Shown piece after piece: positions 38,701-48,582 of a stretch of DNA of 49,101 nt. Below the pieces are notes generated by a model. The model did not search any database, was not told the DNA's origin, and saw only the letters and a list, made by a program, of their open reading frames with translations. Position 1 is the first letter of the stretch. Each line of letters begins with the position of its first letter. The translations under genes and the position numbers were made by a program. This DNA is from Gomphosphaeria aponina SAG 52.96 = DSM 107014 (lineage in GTDB: Bacteria; Cyanobacteriota; Cyanobacteriia; Cyanobacteriales; Gomphosphaeriaceae): contig JADQBC010000004.1 in NCBI GenBank assembly GCA_016903655.1, positions 1-49,101 of the forward strand, in the 5' to 3' direction.

Positions 38701-39123
38701 GGTAGGGGTTTTGCTGTGGTTGCTGATGAGGTGCGCAGTTTGGCGCGCCAGTCAGCTGCAGCCACGGCGGAAATTGAAAAGGTGGTGACCCAAATTCAGG
38801 CAGAAACTAATGAGGTGGTGGCCGCAATGGAAACTGGGACTCAACAGGTGGTGCTGGGGACTAAGTTGGTGGAGGAAACTCGCCAGAATTTGAACCAAAT
38901 TACGGCGGCATCGGCTCAGATTACCCAGTTGGTAGGGGCGATCGCTTCTTCTGCGCTTGAACAATCTCTTACTTCTGAAGAGGTTACGAAAACTATGTCT
39001 GATGTTGCAGAAATTTCTAACAATACTTCTAAGACTGCTAGTCAAGTGTCAGAATCTTTTAAGGATTTGCTGGCTGTGGCGGAACAGTTGCAAGCTAGTA
39101 TTGGTCGGTTTAAAATCCATTAA
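35782..39123 (+). CDS. pixJ: PixJ-like photoreceptor MCP: TM-Cache-TM-HAMP-2x CBCR GAF-HAMP-MA
   Basis: Two GAFs with DPCF and C(H/Y). MCP hairpin [31 protein letters not shown]. Confidence 0.88.
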   Translation: MTKTSPKPQDKNSAIEAKITPTHDKSSLKKSGETGKVLAQNSRQWRQASSGKDWWEKKSLGFKATLAAALMGVLPIIIIGGIAYFLANRQFEKQATENVQSRAVELKDKLQLSLENIYGDIQILSGLNVFTDPSLREKITREEKEAILTEYVKNSYYYDSLAVFDLKGDVLAQSEGEKLPNKFEQDYIQAVLKTKNTFISDPQISPQTGILSVYVSAPIINRETGKMDAIIRSRLPMMGFNEIFLGQKKRGGNYHIIDSRNKIVSAENEEEINKPLAQLFPVVGARVEEIEAGDESQAPEALTITDNHEGKEAIIGVGFLDKELEEKYNLDWKMLVAVEQNVALAAKSQLLWTLLFGSVVTAGMVSSLAILLVNRATRPIQDVARAVEKIGQGDFTTQLVVTGQDEIGLLSSNINQMTNRIKTLIEEQQLSATQAVLLRNITLKLAEALNTETVFKIVVTEMREALGSDRVLVYRFDENWQGKIIAESVGDSWPLSLGATINDPCFAERYVQKYKQGRVQATPDIYNAGLTECHIQQLEPFAVKANLVAPITVEGELLGLLITHQCDRPRHWEKTEIDFFAQTATQIGPALERTILLEKQVLDAQLAQSLKEITIRIAQSLNQDAVFDIAVRESRLALAADRVIVYLFAPDWSGTVVAESVGDLWPRALGNTIDDPCFIEKYIEKYKQGRVHPTNNIYTAGLTDCYLRQLEPFAVKANLVTPIIVEGELIGLLIAHQCSGPRKWEQGEIDFLTQVATQIGPALERVNLLAGQRQAEAEQRQEKERLQQRALELLMEVDPVSQGDLTIRASVTEDEIGTIADSYNAMIENLRRIVDQVQSAAMQVTATTRENEIYVGNLSAESLRQATDIMQTLDKIQGMNESISAVAASAEQAEVAVKLASDSVESGDAAMNRTVDGILAIRETVAETAKKVKRLGESTQKISQVVNLISSFADQTNLLALNASIEAAHAGEEGRGFAVVADEVRSLARQSAAATAEIEKVVTQIQAETNEVVAAMETGTQQVVLGTKLVEETRQNLNQITAASAQITQLVGAIASSALEQSLTSEEVTKTMSDVAEISNNTSKTASQVSESFKDLLAVAEQLQASIGRFKIH

Positions 39124-39189
39124 TTTTCTGGGAATTTGGGTTGAAGATAATAAGTTTAACTTATTGTCTCTTACCCATGACCAGTCAAG

Positions 39190-40074
39190 GTGAAGATGAA
39201 AAACAAGCATTTAATTTTCTGGATAAGTGTGATGATTATTTCTCAATTGGTTGGGGTCAAAAAAGTAGCTTCAGTTGAGGCAAAAATTGCTCTGGATGCT
39301 AGAGAAACAAAGACCATCACTAATAGTAATCCGACCACAAAAACCAGCAGAAATCTAGCCAAGATGATCAAACAAATCCCTAATGAGTCTAACGTAGAAA
39401 CAGTAACAGGAACAGTTGCTTACCGTGAAAGAATTGCTCTGCCTCCTAATGCGGTTGTTAAGGTAAAATTGCTGGATATTTCTCGAGCTGATGCACCAGC
39501 AATTGAGATTTCTGCGCAAATAATTACTACTGCAGGGAAACAAGTTCCTATTCCTTTTGAGTTAATTTTTAACCCCAGCCAGATTGAAAGTAATCATGCT
39601 TATGCGGTGCGAGCTGAAATTTTTATGGCAGATCAATTAGCTTTTACCACAACTAAAATTTATCCTGTGATTACTCAAGGAAATCCGCAAACTGTTGACT
39701 TGGTTTTGCAAAAAATTAATAAGGAAAATTTGCCAAATCAGTTAATTGGAAGTGAATGGTTGTTAACAGATTTGGGGGGTAAAGGGGTAATAGATAATTT
39801 GCAAACTACAATCAATTTTGTTGATGATAACCGCATTGCTGGTAGTGGTGGGTGCAATAACTATTTTGGTTCATATAAAATAGATAATAATGTTTTGAGT
39901 GTATCGGGGCTAGGATCTACATTTAAAATGTGTCCAGCGGCTGTAATGAATCAGGAAAGTGGTTATTTTCAAGCTCTGCAAAAAGCGCAAAATATTTCTA
40001 TAGATGGACCATATTTGTTCATTGAGGTTGATGGTTTAGAGCAACCACTAAGGTTTATTCGTATTATGGAATGA
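39190..40074 (+). CDS. YbaY-like plus META (HslJ-like) domain exported protein
   Basis: VTGTVAYRERIALPPNA, DISRADAPA, QVPIPF. GSGGCNNYFG and STFKMC. Confidence 0.88.
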   Translation: MKMKNKHLIFWISVMIISQLVGVKKVASVEAKIALDARETKTITNSNPTTKTSRNLAKMIKQIPNESNVETVTGTVAYRERIALPPNAVVKVKLLDISRADAPAIEISAQIITTAGKQVPIPFELIFNPSQIESNHAYAVRAEIFMADQLAFTTTKIYPVITQGNPQTVDLVLQKINKENLPNQLIGSEWLLTDLGGKGVIDNLQTTINFVDDNRIAGSGGCNNYFGSYKIDNNVLSVSGLGSTFKMCPAAVMNQESGYFQALQKAQNISIDGPYLFIEVDGLEQPLRFIRIME

Positions 40075-40140
40075 CCGAGGAGTGGGGAGTGGCCAGAAGG
40101 GAGAAGGGAGTGGCCAGAAGGGAGTGGGACTCGCAACGCC

Positions 40141-40177
40141 TCTAATCATAGTCTTCATTTAATCATGAGTATCATAG
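40141..40177 (-). repeat. ~49-bp dispersed repeat, copy E (abuts the tamB stop), preceded by GGGAGTG/GCCAGAA heptamers
   Basis: Reverse complement CTATGATACTCATGATTAAATGAAGACTATGATTAGA. Confidence 0.8.
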
Positions 40178-43100
40178 TTAAAATCGCCGTTGATATCTAA
40201 CTTTAAACTCACTAAAAGCATAGTCGTAGGAAATATTAATAAAAGTATTTTCCTCGAGACGGTAAACCCCATCAAGAGTGGGAAAAACTCGTAAGTCACT
40301 TAAACCTATTCCTCGCCCAACCTTACGGGATTGTTCATTTACGCGGTTGATAAATAGCGGTTGGGCTACATATTCTACGGCAAATTGGACAAAACCACCT
40401 TCTGCTATTTCTCCTGAAGTAAGCCCCTGTAGTTGATCGGCAATTCCCGTCGCTAGCAAATTAACAATTTCTCCTTGACTTCGAGGGGGACTGCTTGACA
40501 AACTGACAATACTTGAATTTAGCAGTTGATTGTTAGTTCCTTCTTTTGTTTGCAAAGCCCCTAACTGAATACATTCGCCGAATTGTTGTAATTCTGCTGG
40601 TGATAAATTAGGTGGTTCAGGAATAATTTTCCCCTGATCTGCTCGAATAGTACAAAGATCTAAAGCTTGTTTTCCCAGGAAAGGAAGTAAGCGATCTGCT
40701 TGTCCATCTATCCCTAGGGTGACTCTAATACTATCAGAGTTGCCTATTCTGGAGAGAGGATCGGGAGTTTCGTTATCTGATGAACCTCTAATTACTCCAG
40801 CTTCAGATACTTCGGAAACTATGGTTTCTAATTGCAGATCTAAACTGGGATTCATTGTTCCCTCTGCGGGGATAAACTTAATGGTGTTGTCATGGAGGCG
40901 GTTTAAGTCAAATCTGGTATTTAAGAAAGTTATTTGACCCCGATCTAACACAATTACTCCGTTTGACTGCAAGTTTTTTAGGTCAAGAATTGAGCCATTG
41001 GCCGTTAAATTTCCCCCAAAACTAAACCGATATAAGGGCCATTGGGAAATGTTTAGTTGGTTTAAATTTATTTGAAAATCTTTCAATTTTGGCACAACCA
41101 GAGGCGGGGCGGGTTGATTATTGTTGGTGCTATCTTCAGTGTTGCTGTTTCCCTCGGGTACAAATATTTGACCTCTAGCTAAAGTAACTTCTCCACCAAT
41201 TATGGGCGCTAAAGCTGCACCTTTTATTATTACTTCCCCGTCAATATTCCCCCTGTATAATCCTGTTAAATTTATTTGTTGATTTTCTATGGCGAGGGTG
41301 AGGGGATTAGATGGATTTAAGCTGGGTTCAAATAGGGGGAGCGCCCCACTTACTAATAAGTTACTATTGGCTAATGTACCTGTTATTTCTTCTACTTGCA
41401 GTAGCTTTTCGTCTGCTAAGATTTTTCCCGTTACCTGCAGGTTATTTTCTAATGCTGCACTCTTAATGGTGGCATTTTCTAGGGTAATTTCTGTATCTAA
41501 TTCTACTTTTTCTAGGTTGGTGGGATCTGTGACGGGAATACTTGCTGCTACTACCACCTCTCCTGCTCCCTCTACTAACTCTAATTGTCCTTGAGTTAAA
41601 ACACCAATTAGGGCGATCGCTTCTGTTCCTAAATTAACATTTACTGTTGCTCTTTCCTCTCCTCCTTGGGGTAATGGTACATTTGCTTCTACTTGAATAT
41701 ATTCTGGTTCAGTAGTTGCAAAATGCAGTTTTTCTTCTGCATATTTAAAATTGCTTACAATATTGCTTTCTATCGCTTTGCCATTCAAGGCGATATCCTC
41801 TAATGTTACATCTCCTGCTACCACTGGGTTTTGGGGAGTGCCAGTCAAATTTCCTGCCACATTAATGTTAGCTTCTGCATCCAAAGGTAGTGCAATAAAG
41901 TTTTCCACTAGATCTAAAGTAAAGTTTTCTACCTTAAATTCCCCTGTGGCCTTTGTGGGTGATACTTGCCCTGCTAAAGATAATACAGTTGTTTCTCCTA
42001 ACCTAATTAAAGCTGGTTCTATTTGCACCACATTCCCATTCAAGTTTCCCCCTAGCTTAACTTCATTAATAGAAACCACCCCAGTTTTTGCTGTTACCAA
42101 GCCCAGAGGTTCTACAATATCTCGATAAGAGGGATTGGGTAGCCATTGCCAATTTTGTCCCTCTACTATCAAGTTTGCCTGGGGATTTTCTAAGCTGCCA
42201 CCCACATCTATTTTCCCTGTATATTCTCCTTCAATATCTAATTCTGTTGGTATTTTTCCTGCGGCTATAGTTGTTGCTGCCTGGCTAATTTTTTCACTAA
42301 TAGCAAATCCCAAGTTTATTTGCTCTCCCAGAGGTGCATTTGGTTTCCCCACTGACTCTGACTGAACTTCAGCCGAGGACGTTGCATATTTTTCTTGACT
42401 GAATAAGGCGGCGATTCTTTCCACATTATATAAATTAGTAGCATTTATAATATCTTTTACGTTTCCAGCGAAATTCAATTCTCCACCTATTTCCTCAGTT
42501 TGCCGATTGAAACTGGCATTATTTACCAAATACTTACTACTCCCAAAGGTTAATTGGGCTGATGTTACTTCTGCCAATTCATCTGTGAGGGAGAAATTTG
42601 CTTGAATTTCATCTGCTTGAATTTCCCCTAATCCTGGTTGAGTTACTGTTAAATCCCCTTTTCCTTGTAAATTAAACAGATCAACAGCTACATTTGCTAA
42701 AACATTTCCTTTAACTATTCCTGTAATTCCAAACTCACTGGCTGGGGCTAAACCTAAAATACTCAGAGGGAAATTTTGGACATCCACCAAAAAGCGATCG
42801 CCTTCCCGTTCCCCCAATACTATAATCTCCTCTCCCTGAGTTTTTCTTAATTCTATTTTCCTGGGCAGATAGGGAGCAAGACAGTCATTTCTGGTACAAG
42901 GTTCTATCTTTGCTACAATTGCATCTTTTTCCCCCCGCAATTCCACCCCCATTTCTTCTCCTGGAGCTACCTTTACCGTGCCTGCTAACAGCGGTTCAAA
43001 CCCCACCTCATTTAAATTCAAATCCCTTAAATTCAGATTTCCAGTTAACAATAAATTCCCAGGTGCTAAAGGATCACTCAGTAATTTCCCCCCCGCCAAA

Positions 43101-45544
43101 CGTCCCTGAAAATTTGCTAATCCAGTTAACTTTAATTCTTTTGGCAACAATTCTTTTTCCTCAATTGGCAATACAGCCATTAACTCTTCTAGAGGTAAAC
43201 TGCCTAAATTAGCAGCCACTTCCACATCCAGATTTACATTTTCTATTTCTGGCTGAGTTAACAACTCTGTCAATAACACCGTCCCATTTCCCAAGAGTTT
43301 TTGTTCTCCCAATTCTCCCACAATTTGCTCTACTTGAATTGGCACTCTTTCCAGATTACTCACATCCCCAGAAAGCCGAACATTTGCCCTTAATTTTTCT
43401 TCCCCAAACAAAGGATTCACCAACTGAGCTGCTGCCAAATTTTCTGCCGTAATTTCACTCTGCAACTGATTATTATTTAAATTCCCCGTAACATTTACTG
43501 TTCCTGCTGCAGTTGTTAATAAAGCATCTGCGGTTACGTTTACTTGACTCAAATCTTGACTTGACTGTAATGCCAACAAATCTGCCAAATTTGCTGTTAA
43601 ATTTACTCTGCTTCCCACCAACCCCACAGGCACTGGTAAAGTAGTAACTATTTCGCTAATTGGTATTTTATTTGCTGTTGCTTCGGCATTAACAATTCCC
43701 TGATTTAACTTACTATTAACTAATACTGTTCCTTCAGCTACATTCAGCCCCAGATTTGCCACTCCCATAATTTTTTCTGGGGCTAAAGCGTAAGTATTTC
43801 CTGTTAATCTAATCCTAGCATTTTCTAAATCAACATTGTGAGGAATTGCCAACTGAGGTAGTTGAATTTGGGCTAAAATTGGGTCTAAAGGAAAATCCTT
43901 CCCATCCACAGCCACCTGCCAATTCTGACTAGCAATATTACTGCTCCCCTCAACATTTATTTCCCCCGTTGCTGTCCTTAATTGGGTGTCATTTAAAATC
44001 AGATTTTTATCATTCAGCAATACTTGACCATCTCCAGAAAAACTTTCCCCTGCTAAAATAATTCTGGGTATTTCCCAATCAAGATTGCCTTGAATATTTG
44101 CCAAAGTTCCCCCTACTTTTCCCCTAGTTGTTAACTTAGAAGGAGTATCAGCTTTAATCCCATATTCAGCCGCAATTTTTCCCACTGGTACTTCCCCCTG
44201 AAACTCAAAATTCAGAGGCAAATTCATCACATCTATAGGTAGATTTTTTGCCAGAGACTCCTGCAAATTCAAATCTACTTTTCCCTGAGCAGTCACTGCT
44301 CCCCCAGCCGTAAAAGCTGCTGTTGCATTTTCCAAGACAACCTGAGAAAGATCCCCCCTAAAAAAGCCTTTTATTTCCTGAAAACTCACCCTATCTACAC
44401 CTACTGGCGTAATACTTTCTAACTTTCCTGTAAGTAATGGGTCTTTTATTGGCCCGCTCACCTGCATTTTCAGCTGCATTTTTCCCTCTACCTCTACAGG
44501 TAATGAAGGTTGGACTATTTCCAGGGCATTTTTTAGAGAAAAAGGCTCTACTTTCCCTTCAAGCTGATAACCTTTTTCCCAATTGATTAACCCCTGAGCC
44601 GTAGTCACTATTTCTCCTAACTGAGCAGTTACCTCTTCTACTAAAACATCTTCCCCTGCAAAACGTAACAATGCCCTCGCTTTTACAGGGAGAGATAATT
44701 CTTCCACCTTACCTTCCACCCCTAAAAGACTAACTCCTCCCTCAATATTAGTAGAAGTTAACTCTTCGTAAGAAACCACTTCCACATCCAAGTTAGCATT
44801 AAGTTTCCCATCATTAATTATTACTGGAGGGTTAGGCAATAATGACACCACATCATTTATGCCCAATTCTTGAATATTTACCAGTGCTGCTGTTTTCCAG
44901 GTCTTCAAATTTGTTTCCCCTTGAGCCTTAATTTTCCCTGACCCTAGTGTGGCATTTATGTCATAGTTAACTTGCTCAGTTTCTTTTTTGAGATATGCTG
45001 CATTTCCCTCAGCTTTTATTATCACTGGTGTTGTTTTTTCATAGGGAAGCAAACTCAAGGCTGCATCATTTATCTCTACTTTTAGATCCAGATTAATAGG
45101 AGGTGGATCCCCCCCTTTTTCTAATTGCAGATCCACCCAATTTCCCTGAGCATCTTGTTCTACATATCCATTTATTTCTGTAAGTTTTACTTGAGCTGGT
45201 AAAGTCCGTTTAAATAAGAGAGGTAGAAGATTAAAATCCACCTCTATTTTTTGCAGGGAAACCCGATCTGGATCTGTTGGTGTTGGGGGAATATTTACTG
45301 GTCCCAACTCAATGTGATTTAAAGACAGTGATTGTACCTCGCCAATAGTTACTTCCCGTTTCAGAGTTTGAGTCAATAAAGGCTCTACCCAGTTAGGGAT
45401 ATTTTCCTTAACAAACGCCTTCCCAGCGGTATATCCTACCACACCGATCGCCACCAAACCACCACCTACAGCCAGGGTTGATGGTCGTGTTGCCGTTCTC
45501 AGTATTCTTCTTATTAAATTAGGGCGAGCGGGTGATTCTCTCAT
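40178..45544 (-). CDS. tamB: TamB/DUF490 (AsmA-like) translocation and assembly protein
   Basis: 1788 aa with an N-terminal TM anchor, beta-rich repeats and C-terminal LSSSPPRSQGEIVNLL...VRYQRRF. Confidence 0.85.
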   Translation of the reverse strand: MRESPARPNLIRRILRTATRPSTLAVGGGLVAIGVVGYTAGKAFVKENIPNWVEPLLTQTLKREVTIGEVQSLSLNHIELGPVNIPPTPTDPDRVSLQKIEVDFNLLPLLFKRTLPAQVKLTEINGYVEQDAQGNWVDLQLEKGGDPPPINLDLKVEINDAALSLLPYEKTTPVIIKAEGNAAYLKKETEQVNYDINATLGSGKIKAQGETNLKTWKTAALVNIQELGINDVVSLLPNPPVIINDGKLNANLDVEVVSYEELTSTNIEGGVSLLGVEGKVEELSLPVKARALLRFAGEDVLVEEVTAQLGEIVTTAQGLINWEKGYQLEGKVEPFSLKNALEIVQPSLPVEVEGKMQLKMQVSGPIKDPLLTGKLESITPVGVDRVSFQEIKGFFRGDLSQVVLENATAAFTAGGAVTAQGKVDLNLQESLAKNLPIDVMNLPLNFEFQGEVPVGKIAAEYGIKADTPSKLTTRGKVGGTLANIQGNLDWEIPRIILAGESFSGDGQVLLNDKNLILNDTQLRTATGEINVEGSSNIASQNWQVAVDGKDFPLDPILAQIQLPQLAIPHNVDLENARIRLTGNTYALAPEKIMGVANLGLNVAEGTVLVNSKLNQGIVNAEATANKIPISEIVTTLPVPVGLVGSRVNLTANLADLLALQSSQDLSQVNVTADALLTTAAGTVNVTGNLNNNQLQSEITAENLAAAQLVNPLFGEEKLRANVRLSGDVSNLERVPIQVEQIVGELGEQKLLGNGTVLLTELLTQPEIENVNLDVEVAANLGSLPLEELMAVLPIEEKELLPKELKLTGLANFQGRLAGGKLLSDPLAPGNLLLTGNLNLRDLNLNEVGFEPLLAGTVKVAPGEEMGVELRGEKDAIVAKIEPCTRNDCLAPYLPRKIELRKTQGEEIIVLGEREGDRFLVDVQNFPLSILGLAPASEFGITGIVKGNVLANVAVDLFNLQGKGDLTVTQPGLGEIQADEIQANFSLTDELAEVTSAQLTFGSSKYLVNNASFNRQTEEIGGELNFAGNVKDIINATNLYNVERIAALFSQEKYATSSAEVQSESVGKPNAPLGEQINLGFAISEKISQAATTIAAGKIPTELDIEGEYTGKIDVGGSLENPQANLIVEGQNWQWLPNPSYRDIVEPLGLVTAKTGVVSINEVKLGGNLNGNVVQIEPALIRLGETTVLSLAGQVSPTKATGEFKVENFTLDLVENFIALPLDAEANINVAGNLTGTPQNPVVAGDVTLEDIALNGKAIESNIVSNFKYAEEKLHFATTEPEYIQVEANVPLPQGGEERATVNVNLGTEAIALIGVLTQGQLELVEGAGEVVVAASIPVTDPTNLEKVELDTEITLENATIKSAALENNLQVTGKILADEKLLQVEEITGTLANSNLLVSGALPLFEPSLNPSNPLTLAIENQQINLTGLYRGNIDGEVIIKGAALAPIIGGEVTLARGQIFVPEGNSNTEDSTNNNQPAPPLVVPKLKDFQINLNQLNISQWPLYRFSFGGNLTANGSILDLKNLQSNGVIVLDRGQITFLNTRFDLNRLHDNTIKFIPAEGTMNPSLDLQLETIVSEVSEAGVIRGSSDNETPDPLSRIGNSDSIRVTLGIDGQADRLLPFLGKQALDLCTIRADQGKIIPEPPNLSPAELQQFGECIQLGALQTKEGTNNQLLNSSIVSLSSSPPRSQGEIVNLLATGIADQLQGLTSGEIAEGGFVQFAVEYVAQPLFINRVNEQSRKVGRGIGLSDLRVFPTLDGVYRLEENTFINISYDYAFSEFKVRYQRRF

Positions 45545-45574
45545 CTTTTTTTACCAGCAATCATCATAATTTTT

Positions 45575-45603
45575 ATTCTACAGCACCAGCTCTAGTTCGT
45601 CAA
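45575..45603 (-). promoter_or_regulatory. Putative tamB promoter
   Basis: TTGACG-17 nt-TAGAAT. Confidence 0.55.
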
Positions 45604-45660
45604 GTATTTTAAACTTGTTTTTTATACTTGATCAGGTTAATATTTGATGTTTTTGATAAC

Positions 45661-45791
45661 TAAGTAGATCAGCAAAATTATTTACACAATTTTTGTAGGG
45701 GCGGGTTCACCGAAGAGCTTGGCGATGGCCACGTGAGCAAAAAATCAAAACCCGCCCGAACCTGCGGTAATTAATTTTGTGCGACCACTTA
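45661..45791 (-). mobile_element. MITE family A, diverged copy 3 in inverted orientation
   Basis: TAAGTAGATCAGCAAAATTATTTACACAATTTTTGTAGGGGCGGGTT...AAAACCCGCCC...GTAATTAATTTTGT...ACTTA. 131 bp with a different loop. Confidence 0.78.
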
Positions 45792-45840
45792 CCTCACCCA
45801 TAATCTAATCCTAGTCCTCATTTAATCATGAGTATCACAG
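45792..45840 (-). repeat. ~49-bp dispersed repeat, copy F
   Basis: Reverse complement CTGTGATACTCATGATTAAATGAGGACTAGGATTAGATTATGGGTGAGG. Overlaps the stop of the upstream CDS. Confidence 0.85.
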
Positions 45841-46688
45841 AATTGTTGATTTTTCAATCGATAAGCTTCTAATACCTGAAACCAACTTTTAAACAGTTCT
45901 TCATTTGACCTGTTTTTGATGACAAAGTTTACCAAATTTTCCCATTCAGGGTCATTTTCTGGCAAAATCATCCCATAATATTCGCAACTGAGAGGTTTGG
46001 CTGGAATCAACTGGTAATCTAGCAAAGAAACCCCTTGAATCATTACTTCGCCTAACAACAAAATCCCATCACTTGCAAAAGCATCTATTTTCCCTTCTCT
46101 CACCGCTTCCACTCCCCTAACTCTTCCTGTAACTCCTTGATATATTTCTTGATTGGCTGCGGGATATTCACTTTCTATTAACTTTTGAGTAGTACTATTT
46201 GCCAGAACCCCAATAGTTATATTTTCCATCCCTGCCGACCAATCAATTTTCTGAGCATTTTCTTGGTTAACAAGTAACTGAGTTCCTGTGACAAAAAACG
46301 GTTGAGAAAAGGTAATATTTTCCACTTCCCTAATTGTGTTTGGCCCACATTCAATATGCACCAGTTCTTCTTCTACCAACTCAAAACGATTGATCAAAGT
46401 GGATTGAAATATTCTCACTGTAATTATCTCTCTATTAGTTGCTTGTTTGATTTGTTCTTCAAGAACAGAGATAAAATCCACACAGACTCCAGTTAGATGA
46501 TAATCTGAATCTATATAACCAAAAGGAGCAGCATCTATTCTCAGCCCAACTTTCAGCAACCCCGTGGCTTGAATTTCTTCTAACACCGTTTCTGCCCTTG
46601 TTTGTAAAGGCAAAGTTACTATCAATAACCAGCTAATGATTCCACTAATTATATTTTTCCTCATTGCGACTGCATATTTAGTTATCAA
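45822..46688 (-). CDS. Orphan amino-acid ABC-type substrate-binding protein (SBP family 3)
   Basis: GLLKVGLRIDAAPFGY, NRFELV, ECGPNTI, FSQPFFVTGTQLL, DAFASDGILL. True start probably MRKN. Confidence 0.85.
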   Translation of the reverse strand: MITKYAVAMRKNIISGIISWLLIVTLPLQTRAETVLEEIQATGLLKVGLRIDAAPFGYIDSDYHLTGVCVDFISVLEEQIKQATNREIITVRIFQSTLINRFELVEEELVHIECGPNTIREVENITFSQPFFVTGTQLLVNQENAQKIDWSAGMENITIGVLANSTTQKLIESEYPAANQEIYQGVTGRVRGVEAVREGKIDAFASDGILLLGEVMIQGVSLLDYQLIPAKPLSCEYYGMILPENDPEWENLVNFVIKNRSNEELFKSWFQVLEAYRLKNQQFCDTHD

Positions 46689-46703
46689 TTATCAGCCCCC
46701 AGA

Positions 46704-46761
46704 GGTGCGTTACGGCTGAGTGTTTATTTTCCAGGCCAAGATAATTCCAGCCTAACGCACC
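46704..46761. repeat. REP-like inverted repeat downstream of argC
   Basis: GGTGCGTTACGGCTG...CAGCCTAACGCACC. Confidence 0.65.
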
Positions 46762-46797
46762 CTAGGTGAGCTTAGACCAATGATATAAGACCAATAA

Positions 46798-47844
46798 TTA
46801 AGGATAAAAACTTAAGCGAGGGAGGCCCAAAGTTTCCTCCCAACCCATCATTAAATTGAGACATTGTACCGCTTGACCCGCTTGACCTTTAATTAAATTA
46901 TCAATTGCTGACATCACAATCACACGGGAAGTACGCGGATCCACTTCCACCCCAATATAAGCCAAATTAGTCCCACAGGCCCATTTAGTTTGAGGATAAA
47001 CCCCATTTGGCAAAATTGTGACAAAAGGAGAGTTACGGTAGAAAGCCGTATATATAGTAATCAAGTCCTCCCGCACCAAACCTGGATCTCGCAAAGTAGC
47101 ATAAACAGTTGCTAAAATCCCACGAACCATAGGAATTAAATGGGGAGTAAACTGGACTCTAACCTCATGTCCCGCCAAATCACTGCAAATTTGTTCAATT
47201 TCTGGAGTATGGCGGTGTTTAGCCACCCCATAAGCCCCCAAAGAATTATCAGCCTCTGCTAATAATAAATTAATCTTGGCTTGACGACCACCCCCAGAAG
47301 TCCCCGACTTCGCATCAATAATTGCCGTTTCAGGGAGAATTAAACCCTGCTTTAATAAAGGAGAAAGGGCCAACAAACTGGCGGTAGGATAGCAACCAGG
47401 ACAACCAATCAAAGGAGTTTCCTTTATGCGATCGCGGTATAATTCTGGCAGACCATACACTGCTCGGTTAGCCATCTGCTGGTCACTGCGTTCTTTGTTA
47501 TACCAAGCAGTATAAGTATCTAAGTTGCTAAATCTATAATCTGCTGATAAATCTAACACATTACACCCCTTTTCAATCAAGGTAGGTGCTATGTCACAAG
47601 CTAAACCATTAGGTAAACCCAGGAAAACCACCTGAGTGCGAGAAGCAACTACGTCTAGGTCAATTTTTTCCACTGTCAAATTCACCAAATGACCAAGATG
47701 GGGGTAAATATCAGAAAACTGTTTCCCCGCACTACTATCTCCACCTAAATAAACAAGATCAACATTTGGATGTTCCATCAGCAGTCGTACCAGTTGTACG
47801 CCGCCATAACCTGATGCACCAATAATTCCGACTGGGATACCCAT
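46798..47844 (-). CDS. argC: N-acetyl-gamma-glutamyl-phosphate reductase
   Basis: [50 protein letters not shown]. Confidence 0.97.
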   Translation of the reverse strand: MGIPVGIIGASGYGGVQLVRLLMEHPNVDLVYLGGDSSAGKQFSDIYPHLGHLVNLTVEKIDLDVVASRTQVVFLGLPNGLACDIAPTLIEKGCNVLDLSADYRFSNLDTYTAWYNKERSDQQMANRAVYGLPELYRDRIKETPLIGCPGCYPTASLLALSPLLKQGLILPETAIIDAKSGTSGGGRQAKINLLLAEADNSLGAYGVAKHRHTPEIEQICSDLAGHEVRVQFTPHLIPMVRGILATVYATLRDPGLVREDLITIYTAFYRNSPFVTILPNGVYPQTKWACGTNLAYIGVEVDPRTSRVIVMSAIDNLIKGQAGQAVQCLNLMMGWEETLGLPRLSFYP

Positions 47845-48057
47845 AAGCTTTATTTTCTAGAATTACTTCCATCAAGTTTAACTGCTGCTGCATTTTAATA
47901 CTAAAAAGCAATTTGGGGAGATCAATTTTTTACCAATTTTGTAACCATGTAGGCTATTGTTGAGGTAACGAACTCCAAGCTTTTGTTAGTTTTTCTTTAT
48001 CTTGCTTGTTTTATTTACAAACAGAATACATACTTATATTTAAAAATGTATGCTTGA

Positions 48058-48531
48058 TTAAAGTTCCAAATTAATGGGATCAGGAAACCAATCATTATCT
48101 AGTAACTGTTCTAAAGTGTAAGGACATTGAGGGGGAAAAGTTTTTTTATTTAAACCTGTTTTTATCGTCACATATTTAATTGCTTTTCCATAAATATTTT
48201 CTTTTTCTTTACCTAGATGTTTTCGTAAATTAGTCGTCAGATCTATTTCTAACTCAGTGCGAAAATTAACAATTTCAGCCGCCCAATGACGATGATGAAT
48301 CCTTTCTGAGTGCCAAAATTCAATCAATAATAAATGAATGATAATTTGTTTTAAATAACTTTCGCCACTGCGTTTAGTGTCTCTGACCAAATTTTCTAAA
48401 ACCTTACTTAAAGTCTCTAAATCTAACTCATTTAAATTCTTCTGTTTCACTTGTTCTAAAGTAGCTTCATACCAGGCTAAATAATCTAATTCATATAAAG
48501 ATTTCAAGCTGGTTTTAGTTAAACTTTGCAT
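48058..48531 (-). CDS. DUF29 family protein
   Basis: LYELDYLAW, IIHLL, HWAAEIVNFR, FPPQCPYTLEQLLDNDWFP. Confidence 0.9.
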   Translation of the reverse strand: MQSLTKTSLKSLYELDYLAWYEATLEQVKQKNLNELDLETLSKVLENLVRDTKRSGESYLKQIIIHLLLIEFWHSERIHHRHWAAEIVNFRTELEIDLTTNLRKHLGKEKENIYGKAIKYVTIKTGLNKKTFPPQCPYTLEQLLDNDWFPDPINLEL

Positions 48532-48582
48532 CAGCTCACCCCATTAACTAGAATTGATGATAACCTCTTGAGAATTGCTAAC

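Noticed and set aside
9813-43212. Numerous 60-160 aa antisense or alternate-frame ORFs within ndhF4, ccmM, rbcL, patA, pixJ and tamB
   Set aside because: They are shadow ORFs of well-supported genes with no independent signals.
7144-45840. 49-bp repeat as CRISPR repeats or integron attC sites
   Set aside because: Copies are kilobases apart in both orientations, with no spacers, no GTTRRRY/RYYYAAC ends and no integrase.
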